From: Clostridia bacterium
GTDB lineage: Bacteria > Bacillota > Clostridia > Oscillospirales > Acutalibacteraceae
Direction: 5' to 3'
Length of the DNA stretch: 64,000 nt
Assembly: GCA_017513525.1 (NCBI GenBank)
Contig: JAFXFC010000023.1
Location: forward strand, 5,373 to 69,372
Each line of letters opens with the position of its first letter. Position 1 is the first letter of the stretch. The position numbers were made by a program, and so were the translations under genes. Shown piece by piece: positions 55,906-64,000 of this stretch. The notes beneath the pieces are model-generated. The model saw only the letters and a list, made by a program, of their open reading frames with translations, did not search any database and was not told the origin of the DNA.

Positions 55906-57576
55906 TTACATATCAGTCAGTTCGTTTTTATATCTGTAAAAAGTGGCGGTTGATATCTGAAATCTGTCTGTCACTTCCTTATAATCGGCTTCAGGGTTTT
56001 CTCTCATATATTTCATACAAGCTTGCTTTTTGCGAGCAGCTTTGTTATCGGCTCTGTTTGTGCGGTAATAATCCCTTTCATATTTTCTTCGTCTTGCTTC
56101 GCGTTCTTCTCTGCTGAAACTGCAAAAGGAATTCATTATGTCTTCTTTTGTAAAACCGATAGCATCAGCGATTGTTTCTAATTTGTATGGGTAGAAATTA
56201 CCGCTGAAGTTTGCATATATCGTGATGCACATTTCATCATAGTAATTACTTGTTTCGTCACAATACTGAGTGCAGTATTCAATAAAATCTTCAGGCTCTT
56301 CAAAGATGTGTCTGCCGATGTTTGAAAGTATGTGAAAAAACAGATTCCTTTTATGAAGAAGCAGGTGTTTGTTTGCGGAGTGGTGAACCAAAAAATTGTG
56401 GATGTCAACTAAAACATTCCAGTATGAAAAGCCTTGTGTTCTGTAATCATTCCTGTAACGAAGCTTACTGAAATCAAGGTCATAATCCTTGTCATAAGAA
56501 AAATCGGCTACAAGTACATCTTTATCTGGTTCGTTAAGTGTTTCGGAGGAAGGCTTTTTATCGCAGGATTTGTTTACCGCAGGCTTTGTGTTTTTAGGCT
56601 TTTTCGGTTTTCTTTTAAGATATTCTTTGTTTTCAATCTGCTCCATAGTAAAGCCTGCATCAAGAAGCTTTTGTATGTTAGTCTTTCTTCGTTTTTTATT
56701 AGAGGCCTCTTTGCTTTTACTGAAGTATTCGTCAATTTCTTCCTGTGGTTTCAGGTATGGTAAAAATCTTTCAAGACTGTGATCGTTTCCGTTGTCATAG
56801 AGAAAAAGACGGGTGCGAATAGGAGTAGAGTCTTTCAGATTAAAACTGGTCGGGCACCTGTATTTCCTCGCACCATTCCTCACGGCGACATCGCCGGAAA
56901 GCAAAACTATCAAGCTGTCATAAATGCGTTGTCTGAGATCAAAGTTTTCTTTAGTGCATTCCTCTATGTAATACGTAATGTGAGCACCGTGTCCGCTTAA
57001 GGTAATTGCATCCGGATAAAGAGCCGGAGGAAGGCAGTATTTCTTTATGAAGAAATTTCTTACTGTTTCCTTATCTGCTGTATGTGGATCAAAATCAAAC
57101 AGTACCGTATCAATGTCAACAATTATTGAACGGAAAGAAATTGCATTTCTGTCTGCTGTCCAATAACGGAACGGTGTTGCATGGTAATAGAGGGTGATTT
57201 CATCGCAATTTGCAAGTCTTGACAAATAGTGAATATGTTTCTTTCTGCCGTAATGGAACAGATTAACAAGATTGCCGTGCTTGTCCGCTGCGAAGATAAA
57301 AAAGCGATGCTTTTCATCGTCTGACAGAATGTTATTGAAATATGTAACAACATCCTCATCAGTTTCCCCGGTGTAGTCTTCAACATACTTTTCCAGATTG
57401 TGCTTTAACATAGCCTGTCGGCATATGCGAACAAGCATTCTGATTCGCTTGTCTGTGTTTTTGTCCCCTGTCTGAATTTCCTTTAACGGAGCATTGTTGT
57501 AAATGTAGTTTTCGAAACCATAATCTAAAATTTCTTCAACGATTTCAGGGTCAACTAAATGATTTATTATTTTCAT
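55906..57576 (-). CDS. Archaeo-eukaryotic-primase (Prim-Pol)-type replication protein with a C-terminal HTH
   Basis: About 556 aa. Contains IIVDIDT (DxD), LSGHGAHITYY (sGxGxH) and a C-terminal ISTATFYRYKNEL HTH. The start is probably the ATG at 57576, after AAAGGA; the track starts at 57585. Confidence 0.65.
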   Translation of the reverse strand: MKIINHLVDPEIVEEILDYGFENYIYNNAPLKEIQTGDKNTDKRIRMLVRICRQAMLKHNLEKYVEDYTGETDEDVVTYFNNILSDDEKHRFFIFAADKHGNLVNLFHYGRKKHIHYLSRLANCDEITLYYHATPFRYWTADRNAISFRSIIVDIDTVLFDFDPHTADKETVRNFFIKKYCLPPALYPDAITLSGHGAHITYYIEECTKENFDLRQRIYDSLIVLLSGDVAVRNGARKYRCPTSFNLKDSTPIRTRLFLYDNGNDHSLERFLPYLKPQEEIDEYFSKSKEASNKKRRKTNIQKLLDAGFTMEQIENKEYLKRKPKKPKNTKPAVNKSCDKKPSSETLNEPDKDVLVADFSYDKDYDLDFSKLRYRNDYRTQGFSYWNVLVDIHNFLVHHSANKHLLLHKRNLFFHILSNIGRHIFEEPEDFIEYCTQYCDETSNYYDEMCITIYANFSGNFYPYKLETIADAIGFTKEDIMNSFCSFSREEREARRRKYERDYYRTNRADNKAARKKQACMKYMRENPEADYKEVTDRFQISTATFYRYKNELTDM

Positions 57577-57779
57577 AAAAATCATCCTTTCTATATTATT
57601 TTTTAGTCAAAAAGCTTTGACATAAATAATATGAAAGAAGCAATATGAAAATAGGTGCAAATTTTTATCAAAAACCGCTTTTTTTGAGAAAAAAATTGAA
57701 AAAAGTTTAAAAAATAGCGAAAATATATGCGTATGAATAAAATAATAGCAGCAAGTCATTTCTCTTGCCGCTATTTTTG

Positions 57780-58598
57780 TTATATGATTCTTTCTGCAAC
57801 TAATACATTCTTGCAGTGCTTATGCGGAACACCGCTGCTGTTGCAATCAAAAATAATTTCTTCGCTTTTATGAAAAAGCCAGTCGTGGTAATAGGTGAAC
57901 AGTTCGCCTGATTTCCAGATATCAACCTGTAATTCTTCTTTTTCCATATCAGGAGCAGGAGAAACAAAAGGTTTTCCGACAAAAACATTTATGATATTCA
58001 ATCCGCCAATTTTTGTATGTGCTTTCAAATTGTCGATCAAGTCTTGTCTTAAATTAAGAGGGATATAATGAAAAACACCGCTTGAAAAAATGATATCATA
58101 ATCAGTATTTACTCTAAAATCTTTTATATCCGCTTTGAAAAAATTAATTTCCACATCGTGGATGCTTGCAAGTTTTTTCGCTTTTTGTATTCCGGTTTTT
58201 GAAATATCAAATGCCGTAACATCATAACCGTTTTTAGCAAGAAACACCGCATCTTTACCTTCACCGCAGCCGATATCAAGTACCTTATATGGCTTAACCG
58301 GTGGTTTTCTTTTCATTATTTCATAGCAAAGCATGTTTGGCTCTAATCCCCAATAGTATTCTTTGCCCGAATAGTGATTGTCGTATTCCGTTAAAGATCT
58401 TGCGGGATAGCCCAGAAGAGAGTCTATTGAAATATTAAGTGCTGATGCAATAAGCGGTAATGTTTCAATATCGGGATAGGATATTCCATTCTCCCACTTT
58501 GAAACTGCCTGAAATGAAACATGTAAATTTTCCGCTAACATTTGTTGCGTGATTCCAAGTTCCTTTCTTTTAGCAGCTATAACTTTACTGATATTCAT
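57780..58598 (-). CDS. XRE-family HTH fused to a TehB-like SAM-dependent methyltransferase
   Basis: 272 aa. The HTH is LGITQQMLAENLHVSFQAVSKWENG. The methyltransferase motif I is VLDIGCGEGKDAVFLAKNGYDVTAFDIS. Confidence 0.8.
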   Translation of the reverse strand: MNISKVIAAKRKELGITQQMLAENLHVSFQAVSKWENGISYPDIETLPLIASALNISIDSLLGYPARSLTEYDNHYSGKEYYWGLEPNMLCYEIMKRKPPVKPYKVLDIGCGEGKDAVFLAKNGYDVTAFDISKTGIQKAKKLASIHDVEINFFKADIKDFRVNTDYDIIFSSGVFHYIPLNLRQDLIDNLKAHTKIGGLNIINVFVGKPFVSPAPDMEKEELQVDIWKSGELFTYYHDWLFHKSEEIIFDCNSSGVPHKHCKNVLVAERII

Positions 58599-58791
58599 AA
58601 TCTCAGCTCCTTTACAAATTAATTATATCATTCGTAGTATTGAAATAAAATAACATATTTATTGAGATAGGTTGATTTATTCAACCATTGTTTGAGCAAA
58701 ATGGTAATTATATATGAACATTGAATTATACGTACAGAAGTGATATAATAGAATTATTACAGATGCAGAAAAGGATAAAATTTAGCAGCGT

Positions 58792-59253
58792 ATGGAAAAT
58801 ATTTACTCTCTTGTGCAACTCTTCAGAAACGCAATTGAATATGCGAAAGAAAATTGCGAAACAGATCCTCTCGGTTTTTTCAAAAGATTTCCTAATGGTT
58901 GTTGTGGAGAAGCAAGCTGTTTGTTAGGACAGTTTCTTTTAGAAAATGGAATAAACTCATATTATATTTGTCGTATGTGTTTTTTTCAAGATCATAGCGG
59001 AGATTTTCAATCTCATGCATGGCTACAATTAGAGGATGATACAATAATTGATATTACTGGTGATCAATTTAATACAGATGAAAGTTTATTAAAATATAAC
59101 TATCCAATATACATTGGTGAAACAGATGATTTCCATAGATTATTTATGTCAGAATCCAGCATCAGAAAAAGTGTTTTTCTTGACGATTTGCAGTCAGATA
59201 ATTATTATATTTTTTTAGAATTATACACCAAAATAAAAAAGTATTTACAATGA
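58792..59253 (+). CDS. Hypothetical protein with a Cys-His-Asp (transglutaminase/papain-like) motif arrangement
   Basis: 153 aa with FPNGCCGEASCLLG, SHAWLQL and TIIDITGDQF. The RBS is weak, so the start is uncertain. Confidence 0.55.
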   Translation: MENIYSLVQLFRNAIEYAKENCETDPLGFFKRFPNGCCGEASCLLGQFLLENGINSYYICRMCFFQDHSGDFQSHAWLQLEDDTIIDITGDQFNTDESLLKYNYPIYIGETDDFHRLFMSESSIRKSVFLDDLQSDNYYIFLELYTKIKKYLQ

Positions 59254-59291
59254 TTATTTTTCTGAAAACTTATTTAATAAGGTGATATTTA

Positions 59292-59867
59292 ATGAAGAAT
59301 TTGGATGAAATTAATTCAATAAAAAATTACTATCTTACTAACAACAAAGAAGATGTACTAAAGCATATTGAAGATGTAGCAGAAATTGCTGTCGGATTAG
59401 CAACTGCATATAACCTTGATATTACAAAAACAAAACTTGCTGCATTGCTTCATGACATAAGTGGGATTATGACACCGCAGAAAATGTATGATTTTGCAAA
59501 AATTCGAAGTTTAGAAATAGATCCCGCAGAAGAAAAATATCACGCTCTTTTACATCAAAGAGTTTCAAAAATCATTGCACAAGATGAGTTTGGGGTTACA
59601 GATTCTGATATTTTAAATGCTATTGAATGTCATACAACCTTAAGAAAAAATGCAAGTCTGTATGATAAGATTATATTTATTGCAGACAAAATTTCTTGGG
59701 ATCAAAAGTTTGCCCCTTTTTTTGACGATTTAATAAAAAATGCCACGATTGAAGCACTGAACAAAGCCTGTTACAGCTACATAAAATATCAGTTTGATAA
59801 TAATTTGTTGGTTATGGCTCATCAGTGGCTTATTGACGCTTTTGACGAGCTGAAGATGAACATATAG
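59292..59867 (+). CDS. HD-domain hydrolase, YqeK-like
   Basis: 191 aa with HIEDVAEIAVGLA...AALLHDISG...ECHTT...IFIADKIS. Confidence 0.7.
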   Translation: MKNLDEINSIKNYYLTNNKEDVLKHIEDVAEIAVGLATAYNLDITKTKLAALLHDISGIMTPQKMYDFAKIRSLEIDPAEEKYHALLHQRVSKIIAQDEFGVTDSDILNAIECHTTLRKNASLYDKIIFIADKISWDQKFAPFFDDLIKNATIEALNKACYSYIKYQFDNNLLVMAHQWLIDAFDELKMNI

Positions 59868-59936
59868 AATCTCCGTATTCAACAGAGGATTACATATGAC
59901 GCATTCTGAAGAGTTCGGTTTTTATGAGGTATATTT

Positions 59937-60473
59937 ATGGTAAATGAAAAAGCTTTACTTGAATTTGCAAGTCCGTATTATGAAGATAAAGATATTATGC
60001 ATAATATGTGGCATATTGAACTGGTGCAAAGAATGGTAAACCGAATACTGTCTCTTTGTGATTATGAAATTGATAAAGAAGCCTTAAAATTAGCTACATA
60101 TTTTCACGGCTTTATATACAGCGATGAAGAAAAAATAAGACAGTGGTTGATTGAACAGAATTATAATAAAGAAATGATTTCTAAAACAATCAAAATAGCA
60201 TGGGAATCCCAGCGAAGTGAAATACCTGAAACCATAGAAGGAAAGATTTTGCATGATGCTCACGTATTAGAAGGTGGCAAAACCTACTTGGTTGTTAAAA
60301 CTTTGATTACAGGCTCTGTCAGAGGTCAATCGTTAACTGAAACTTTAGACTTTATGGAAAAGAATGTACTGAATCAAAACAAATGCTATCTACCTGAAAC
60401 AATTCCGCTGTGTGAAGAAATGAATCGTTATTCAAATAATTTCTTCGCAGACTTAAAGGAAGGGATTCAATAA
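59937..60473 (+). CDS. HD-domain phosphohydrolase (divergent)
   Basis: 178 aa with NMWHIELVQRM and ILHDAHVLEGG. Confidence 0.6.
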   Translation: MVNEKALLEFASPYYEDKDIMHNMWHIELVQRMVNRILSLCDYEIDKEALKLATYFHGFIYSDEEKIRQWLIEQNYNKEMISKTIKIAWESQRSEIPETIEGKILHDAHVLEGGKTYLVVKTLITGSVRGQSLTETLDFMEKNVLNQNKCYLPETIPLCEEMNRYSNNFFADLKEGIQ

Positions 60474-60480
60474 AGTATTT

Positions 60481-60520
60481 TTCCCGACAATACTTAACAC
60501 AGAATGTCGGGAAATCTTTT
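60481..60520 (+). terminator. Rho-independent terminator
   Basis: CCCGACA ...loop... TGTCGGG aaatctttt. Confidence 0.65.
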
Positions 60521-60653
60521 CAGCCTTCTGTTAGAATTAAGTCAGCCAAGGAGGGATAACAATGGATTGGATTATTGGAATACGGTGGGCTACAAATTAT
60601 AATATAACTCCTTCTTATTATACCTATTATTTTGCAAAAAATGGGGATAATAA

Positions 60654-60682
60654 TTGACAGATGCATATACTAATGATATAAT
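60654..60682 (+). promoter_or_regulatory. Consensus sigma-A promoter of the ATPase/RloB pair
   Basis: TTGACA (60654-60659), a 17-nt spacer, then TATAAT (60677-60682), 42 nt upstream of the GTG at 60725. Confidence 0.65.
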
Positions 60683-60724
60683 TACAGTGTAATTTGCAAT
60701 ATTTTTGCAAAATGAGGTGATTTT

Positions 60725-62050
60725 GTGTTATTGAGCTTCAAAGTAGGAAATTACAAATCCTTTAAAGATGAATTGAATTTCTCTATGACACCAGCCCCAA
60801 AACAAAAAGGGTTGGATTATAGTGTTCAAACAACATCTGTCGCAGGAAAAAAATATCGTTCCTTGTCTTCGGCAGTGATTTACGGACCTAATGCATCAGG
60901 AAAAACAAACATAATTGGTGCAATGGATACTATGAAGGAAATTATTCTTAGGGGTAATATTAAAAATGTTAATGAGAAATCTTTCAATCAAGCTGCTAAT
61001 ACATTAGAATTAATTCCATTTAAAGGTCTGCAGAATGTACCGACATATTTTTATATCAAATTTATTGAAAATAATTTGTTAATTGAGTATTCTTTTTCAG
61101 TTAATTTAGGTGCTTTTTTAGATAGATCTTTTTCACGTTTCATAGAAAATGAAGAATTGAGAATAAATGAAGACGTTGTATTTAAACGTAGCAATAAGCT
61201 TTATATAGAGATTTCAAATATTAGAAAAAAATATCTTAACAATAGAATAGCAAATAACATTGATAGTGCAAAAGAAATTGCTAAAAATAGTCTAATTGAA
61301 GATGAATTGTTTTTAACAAACGGTTTTAAAAATATTTTTGCAAAAGAATTGGTTTCACTAATAACAAATTGGTTTGAAACTAAATTCATTGTTATATATC
61401 GTTCAGATTCCATTAGAGTTCTTCGTAAGTTTACGGAATCAGAAGATAAAAAATTCTATGTGGAAAAAACACTGACCGATGCCGCACAAGAATTTGGTAT
61501 TCATTCTAATGCCTTAGGTTATGTTGTCTCCAAGGATAATGGACCAGCTGTTCTTAGTTCAATTATTGATGATGGACTCGTTAAAGCTGTTTTACCCGCT
61601 GAAATGTATGAATCTTATGGAACTGTACGATTTGTAAATGAATTTCCTTTAATTATTGATGCCTTATTAAATGGCGGAACATTGGTAATGGATGAATTTG
61701 ACGCTTCCATTCATCCGATGGCACTTATGAATATAATTAATATTTTTCATAATGATGAGATTAATATTCACCAAGCTCAATTGATATTTAATACTCATAA
61801 TCCTATTTTCTTAAATGCGAATCTTTTCCGTAGGGATGAGATAAAATTTGTAGAAAGAAATGACATGACACATATAAGTGAACATTATTCTCTTTCCGAC
61901 TTTAAGACATCTGGGAAAAAAGGGGTTCGCAAAGGCGAGGATTATATGAAAAACTATTTTGTGAACCAATATGGTGCTATTAAAGATGTTGATTTCTCCT
62001 CTATTTTAGAAGAGTTGCTTATTGGCGAGGTAAATACCGATGGCAAATGA
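60725..62050 (+). CDS. AAA/ABC-type ATPase (AAA_15/21-like), AbiLi-like
   Basis: 441 aa starting MLLSFKVGNYKSFKDELNFSM. Walker A is GPNASGKTN, Walker B is TLVMDEFDASIHP and the C-terminal region has QLIFNTHNP. Confidence 0.8.
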   Translation: MLLSFKVGNYKSFKDELNFSMTPAPKQKGLDYSVQTTSVAGKKYRSLSSAVIYGPNASGKTNIIGAMDTMKEIILRGNIKNVNEKSFNQAANTLELIPFKGLQNVPTYFYIKFIENNLLIEYSFSVNLGAFLDRSFSRFIENEELRINEDVVFKRSNKLYIEISNIRKKYLNNRIANNIDSAKEIAKNSLIEDELFLTNGFKNIFAKELVSLITNWFETKFIVIYRSDSIRVLRKFTESEDKKFYVEKTLTDAAQEFGIHSNALGYVVSKDNGPAVLSSIIDDGLVKAVLPAEMYESYGTVRFVNEFPLIIDALLNGGTLVMDEFDASIHPMALMNIINIFHNDEINIHQAQLIFNTHNPIFLNANLFRRDEIKFVERNDMTHISEHYSLSDFKTSGKKGVRKGEDYMKNYFVNQYGAIKDVDFSSILEELLIGEVNTDGK

Positions 62051-62705
62051 AAGAAAAGAAACTAAAAAATATACTTTTACTGTTGAAGGTGAAACAGAAA
62101 AATGGTATTTAGAGTGGTTACAAGCAAGAATTAATTCACAGGCAAATACCCTGTATAATGTTAGTATTGTTGCTAAAGTACAGCAAAGTCCGAGAAAATA
62201 TGCAAAAACTATTAATCCGTTATCAACACCAATTATTACTCATATTTTTGATTATGAAAGTAATTCGTCTGAGCATATTAAAAAATTTAAAAATGTGCTA
62301 ACTGAGATAAAAGAAGCAAATTCAATAAAAGGCAAAAAATTTAAATATACTCCAGCATATAGTAATTTAACTTTTGAGCTTTGGATGGTATTACACAAAC
62401 AATCGTGTAATTGTCATTTGACGAACAGAACTCAGTATTTAAGACATATAAATCGTGCATATGCGGAATCCTTTGAAAGTTTAGAGCAGTATAAAGAAGA
62501 AACAAATTTTAAACGCTGTTTATCTAAACTTTCACTGGAAAATGTTTTTGCAGCTATCCATAGAGCAAAAATAATAATGGATATTAAAACTCAAAATGGT
62601 GAAGTTCCAACGCAACATGATGGATTCTATTATTATACAGACAATCCTGCTCTTACGATCTTTGAAAGCATTGAAAAGATACTTAAAGAATGTGGCTTAA
62701 TTTAA
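62040..62705 (+). CDS. RloB-domain protein, AbiLii-like
   Basis: 221 aa. YTFTVEGETEKWYLEWLQ is the RloB N-terminal (E-G-x-T-E) signature. An 11-nt overlap with the ATPase gene suggests translational coupling. Confidence 0.7.
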   Translation: MANERKETKKYTFTVEGETEKWYLEWLQARINSQANTLYNVSIVAKVQQSPRKYAKTINPLSTPIITHIFDYESNSSEHIKKFKNVLTEIKEANSIKGKKFKYTPAYSNLTFELWMVLHKQSCNCHLTNRTQYLRHINRAYAESFESLEQYKEETNFKRCLSKLSLENVFAAIHRAKIIMDIKTQNGEVPTQHDGFYYYTDNPALTIFESIEKILKECGLI

Positions 62706-62725
62706 AAAGAAAATTATAATCAAAA

Positions 62726-62761
62726 ATCAAGGTAGTGAACTTACTGCCTTGATTTTTTTTC
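62726..62761 (+). terminator. Rho-independent terminator
   Basis: ATCAAGGTAGT gaactt ACTGCCTTGAT tttttttt. Confidence 0.8.
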
Positions 62762-62924
62762 GTATATGTATCATTTTTATCTTGCATATTATAAGCAAGG
62801 AAAACTTCGTTGGACAGCAGTAAAGAAATTGCTTGTTTTGCTACCCTCGGAGAGCCCGGACCTTTCGGAAGAAAGGTGTAAAGGGCTATACCTTTTTGAA
62901 AAAAGAAAAAAGAAGGTGATTAAA

Positions 62925-63653
62925 ATGGCACATATTGAAAAGTTCAAAAGAAAGGATGTGGCGAGAGTATGTAATCATTTTGAAAGAAAGTTTTCAGGAG
63001 ATGGCATTCCCGATAACAGAAATATTGATCCGACAAGGACACATCTTAACTACAATCTTGCAGAGCATAATGAAGCTCAGATGGAGTTTATAAACAGAAG
63101 GTGTGCGGAGGTAAGATGCAATCCCAGAGCAGATTTGAATATCCTTGCTTCCTGCTGTCTGTTTCTCCCGAAAGATGTTCCGCCTGAAGATGAACGGAGA
63201 TTTTTTGAAAGTGCATACAGATTTTTATCTGACAGATATGAAAAGAACAATATTGTTTCTGCATGGGTTCACAAAGATGAGGGAATTAAGACGTCTGAAG
63301 GAGTGCTGATTAATAGTCCTCATATCCATTTTGCCTTTATTCCAGTTGCCAATCGTGACACCGATAAGGAGTGCATTTCGGCGAAATTAGTGATTAACAG
63401 ATGTGATTTGCAAACGTTACACACGGATATGGAAACGGCAATAAGCAATGATTTTGGACGAAAAATAAGCATATTAACAGGTGCTCTGAAAGACCGAAAG
63501 CTGATGTCTATGCCTGAATATCGCAAATATAAACAGTTGCAAAGAGATATTGTAGAAATGGAAAGACGAAAAACAGAATTACAGGATGAAATCTTTGACA
63601 TAGAAGGAACTGATTTCCGTCCACTGTTTAATACAAACGAAATGATTTTGTAA
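62925..63653 (+). CDS. MobV-family (Pre/Mob) relaxase, short form (242 aa)
   Basis: MAHIEKFKRKDVARVCNHFERK is a Mob_Pre N-terminus. WVHKDEG...SPHIHFAFIPV is the HxDE...PHxH motif. AGAAGGTGA lies upstream of the ATG at 62925; the track begins at 62766. Confidence 0.75.
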   Translation: MAHIEKFKRKDVARVCNHFERKFSGDGIPDNRNIDPTRTHLNYNLAEHNEAQMEFINRRCAEVRCNPRADLNILASCCLFLPKDVPPEDERRFFESAYRFLSDRYEKNNIVSAWVHKDEGIKTSEGVLINSPHIHFAFIPVANRDTDKECISAKLVINRCDLQTLHTDMETAISNDFGRKISILTGALKDRKLMSMPEYRKYKQLQRDIVEMERRKTELQDEIFDIEGTDFRPLFNTNEMIL

Positions 63654-63744
63654 TTTTTTCGGTTATTGCTTTAACAAAAATATCATTATATAAAGGGAGA
63701 CATTTTTACCACGGTGTTTCCTCTCCAAATGTGTGTATGAGTTC

Positions 63745-63786
63745 GCAAAACAGGGCGCTGCTTCGCAGCGTCCTGTTTGCTTTTTT
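63745..63786 (+). terminator. Rho-independent terminator after the relaxase gene
   Basis: GCAAAACAGGGCGCTG cttc GCAGCGTCCTGTTTGC tttttt. Confidence 0.8.
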
Positions 63787-64000
63787 CGGTTAAGCGATAG
63801 TGGTAAAAATCATATTATTAGATGAAAATATGACGAAATGGAGTGATAAATAGGTGTTTTTGTAGCTGAAAAAAATATTTTTGAAAAATTTTCAATTTTC
63901 TCAAAATGCGAAAACCGTTGATATATAAGGGCTCACGGCACTTTTTCGTAAAAATACTTATGCAGGATTAATTTTTTTAGTGAATATCTTGCATACTCTC

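Larger units (their letters stand above)
44054..64000. mobile_element. AT-rich accessory/defence island with mobilizable-element genes (AEP Rep, MobV). The right end is not in the window and no integrase is seen.
   Basis: The sequence changes abruptly to visibly AT-richer DNA after the GH116 gene. Content is toxin/immunity, Thoeris-like and AbiL-like modules, a primase-polymerase and a relaxase. Consensus TTGACA-17-TATAAT promoters occur. Confidence 0.55.

Noticed and set aside
57640-63940. Possible terminal inverted repeats: 57650-57730 against 63860-63940, sharing TTTTCAATTTT.TCTCAAAA and AAATAGGTG
   Set aside because: The matches are short, interrupted and lie in A/T homopolymer-rich DNA. 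The identity is too low to separate from chance without a proper alignment.
1-64000. Search for CRISPR arrays, rRNA or tRNA genes, reverse transcriptases (retron or DGR), and invertible-promoter or shufflon structures
   Set aside because: No regularly spaced short direct repeats were seen outside coding sequence. I also saw no tRNA-like GTTCGAATC-type arms, no RT motifs (YxDD) in any long ORF, and no recombinase. This was an eye-only scan, so small RNAs could have been missed.

Overview
Chromosomal segment from a low-GC Firmicute, Clostridia-like and an endospore former (spoIIAA-spoIIAB-sigF, ytvI-like and SpoIIQ-like genes present). All calls rest on reading the ORF translations and the DNA by eye; no searches were run.

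Core region, about 1-44 kb:
- 1-10.3 kb (minus strand): complete S10-spc ribosomal protein cluster, rpsJ through rplO, then the 5' part of secY. A consensus promoter and a roughly 310-nt hairpin-rich leader lie upstream.
- 10.9-13.3 kb: a lipoprotein, a small Ser/Ile-rich protein and a YtvI/AI-2E-family permease.
- 13.5-16.4 kb (plus strand): rpmH-rnpA-yidD-yidC-jag.
- 16.9-27.05 kb (minus strand): one giant ORF of about 3,391 aa. It has a signal peptide and at least six tandem modules of about 400-440 aa, with no family I can recognise.
- 27.4-44 kb: an OmpR/intramembrane-type histidine kinase pair, a NodB deacetylase, a 1,024-aa glycosidase-like protein, the sigma-F operon, an EamA transporter, an M23 (SpoIIQ-like) peptidase, lexA with SOS boxes, a GT2 plus IspD/TarI pair, HD and CsaA proteins, a stand-alone E2-like acyltransferase and a GH116 glucosidase.

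Accessory island, about 44 kb to the right edge (visibly more AT-rich):
- Two diverged copies of a roughly 210-bp unit carrying a conserved 17-codon micro-ORF.
- A MuF-fragment/barnase toxin with barstar immunity, behind a consensus promoter with a near-perfect LexA box.
- A type II Thoeris-like pair (TM-Macro ThsA plus TIR ThsB).
- A convergent pair of unknown paralogs. This is the best candidate for something undescribed.
- A seven-gene array of small-molecule-modifying enzymes preceded by a leader-peptide attenuator.
- An AEP primase-polymerase, an XRE-methyltransferase fusion and two HD proteins.
- An AbiL-like ATPase/RloB pair.
- A short MobV relaxase.

No rRNA gene, tRNA gene or CRISPR array was seen.
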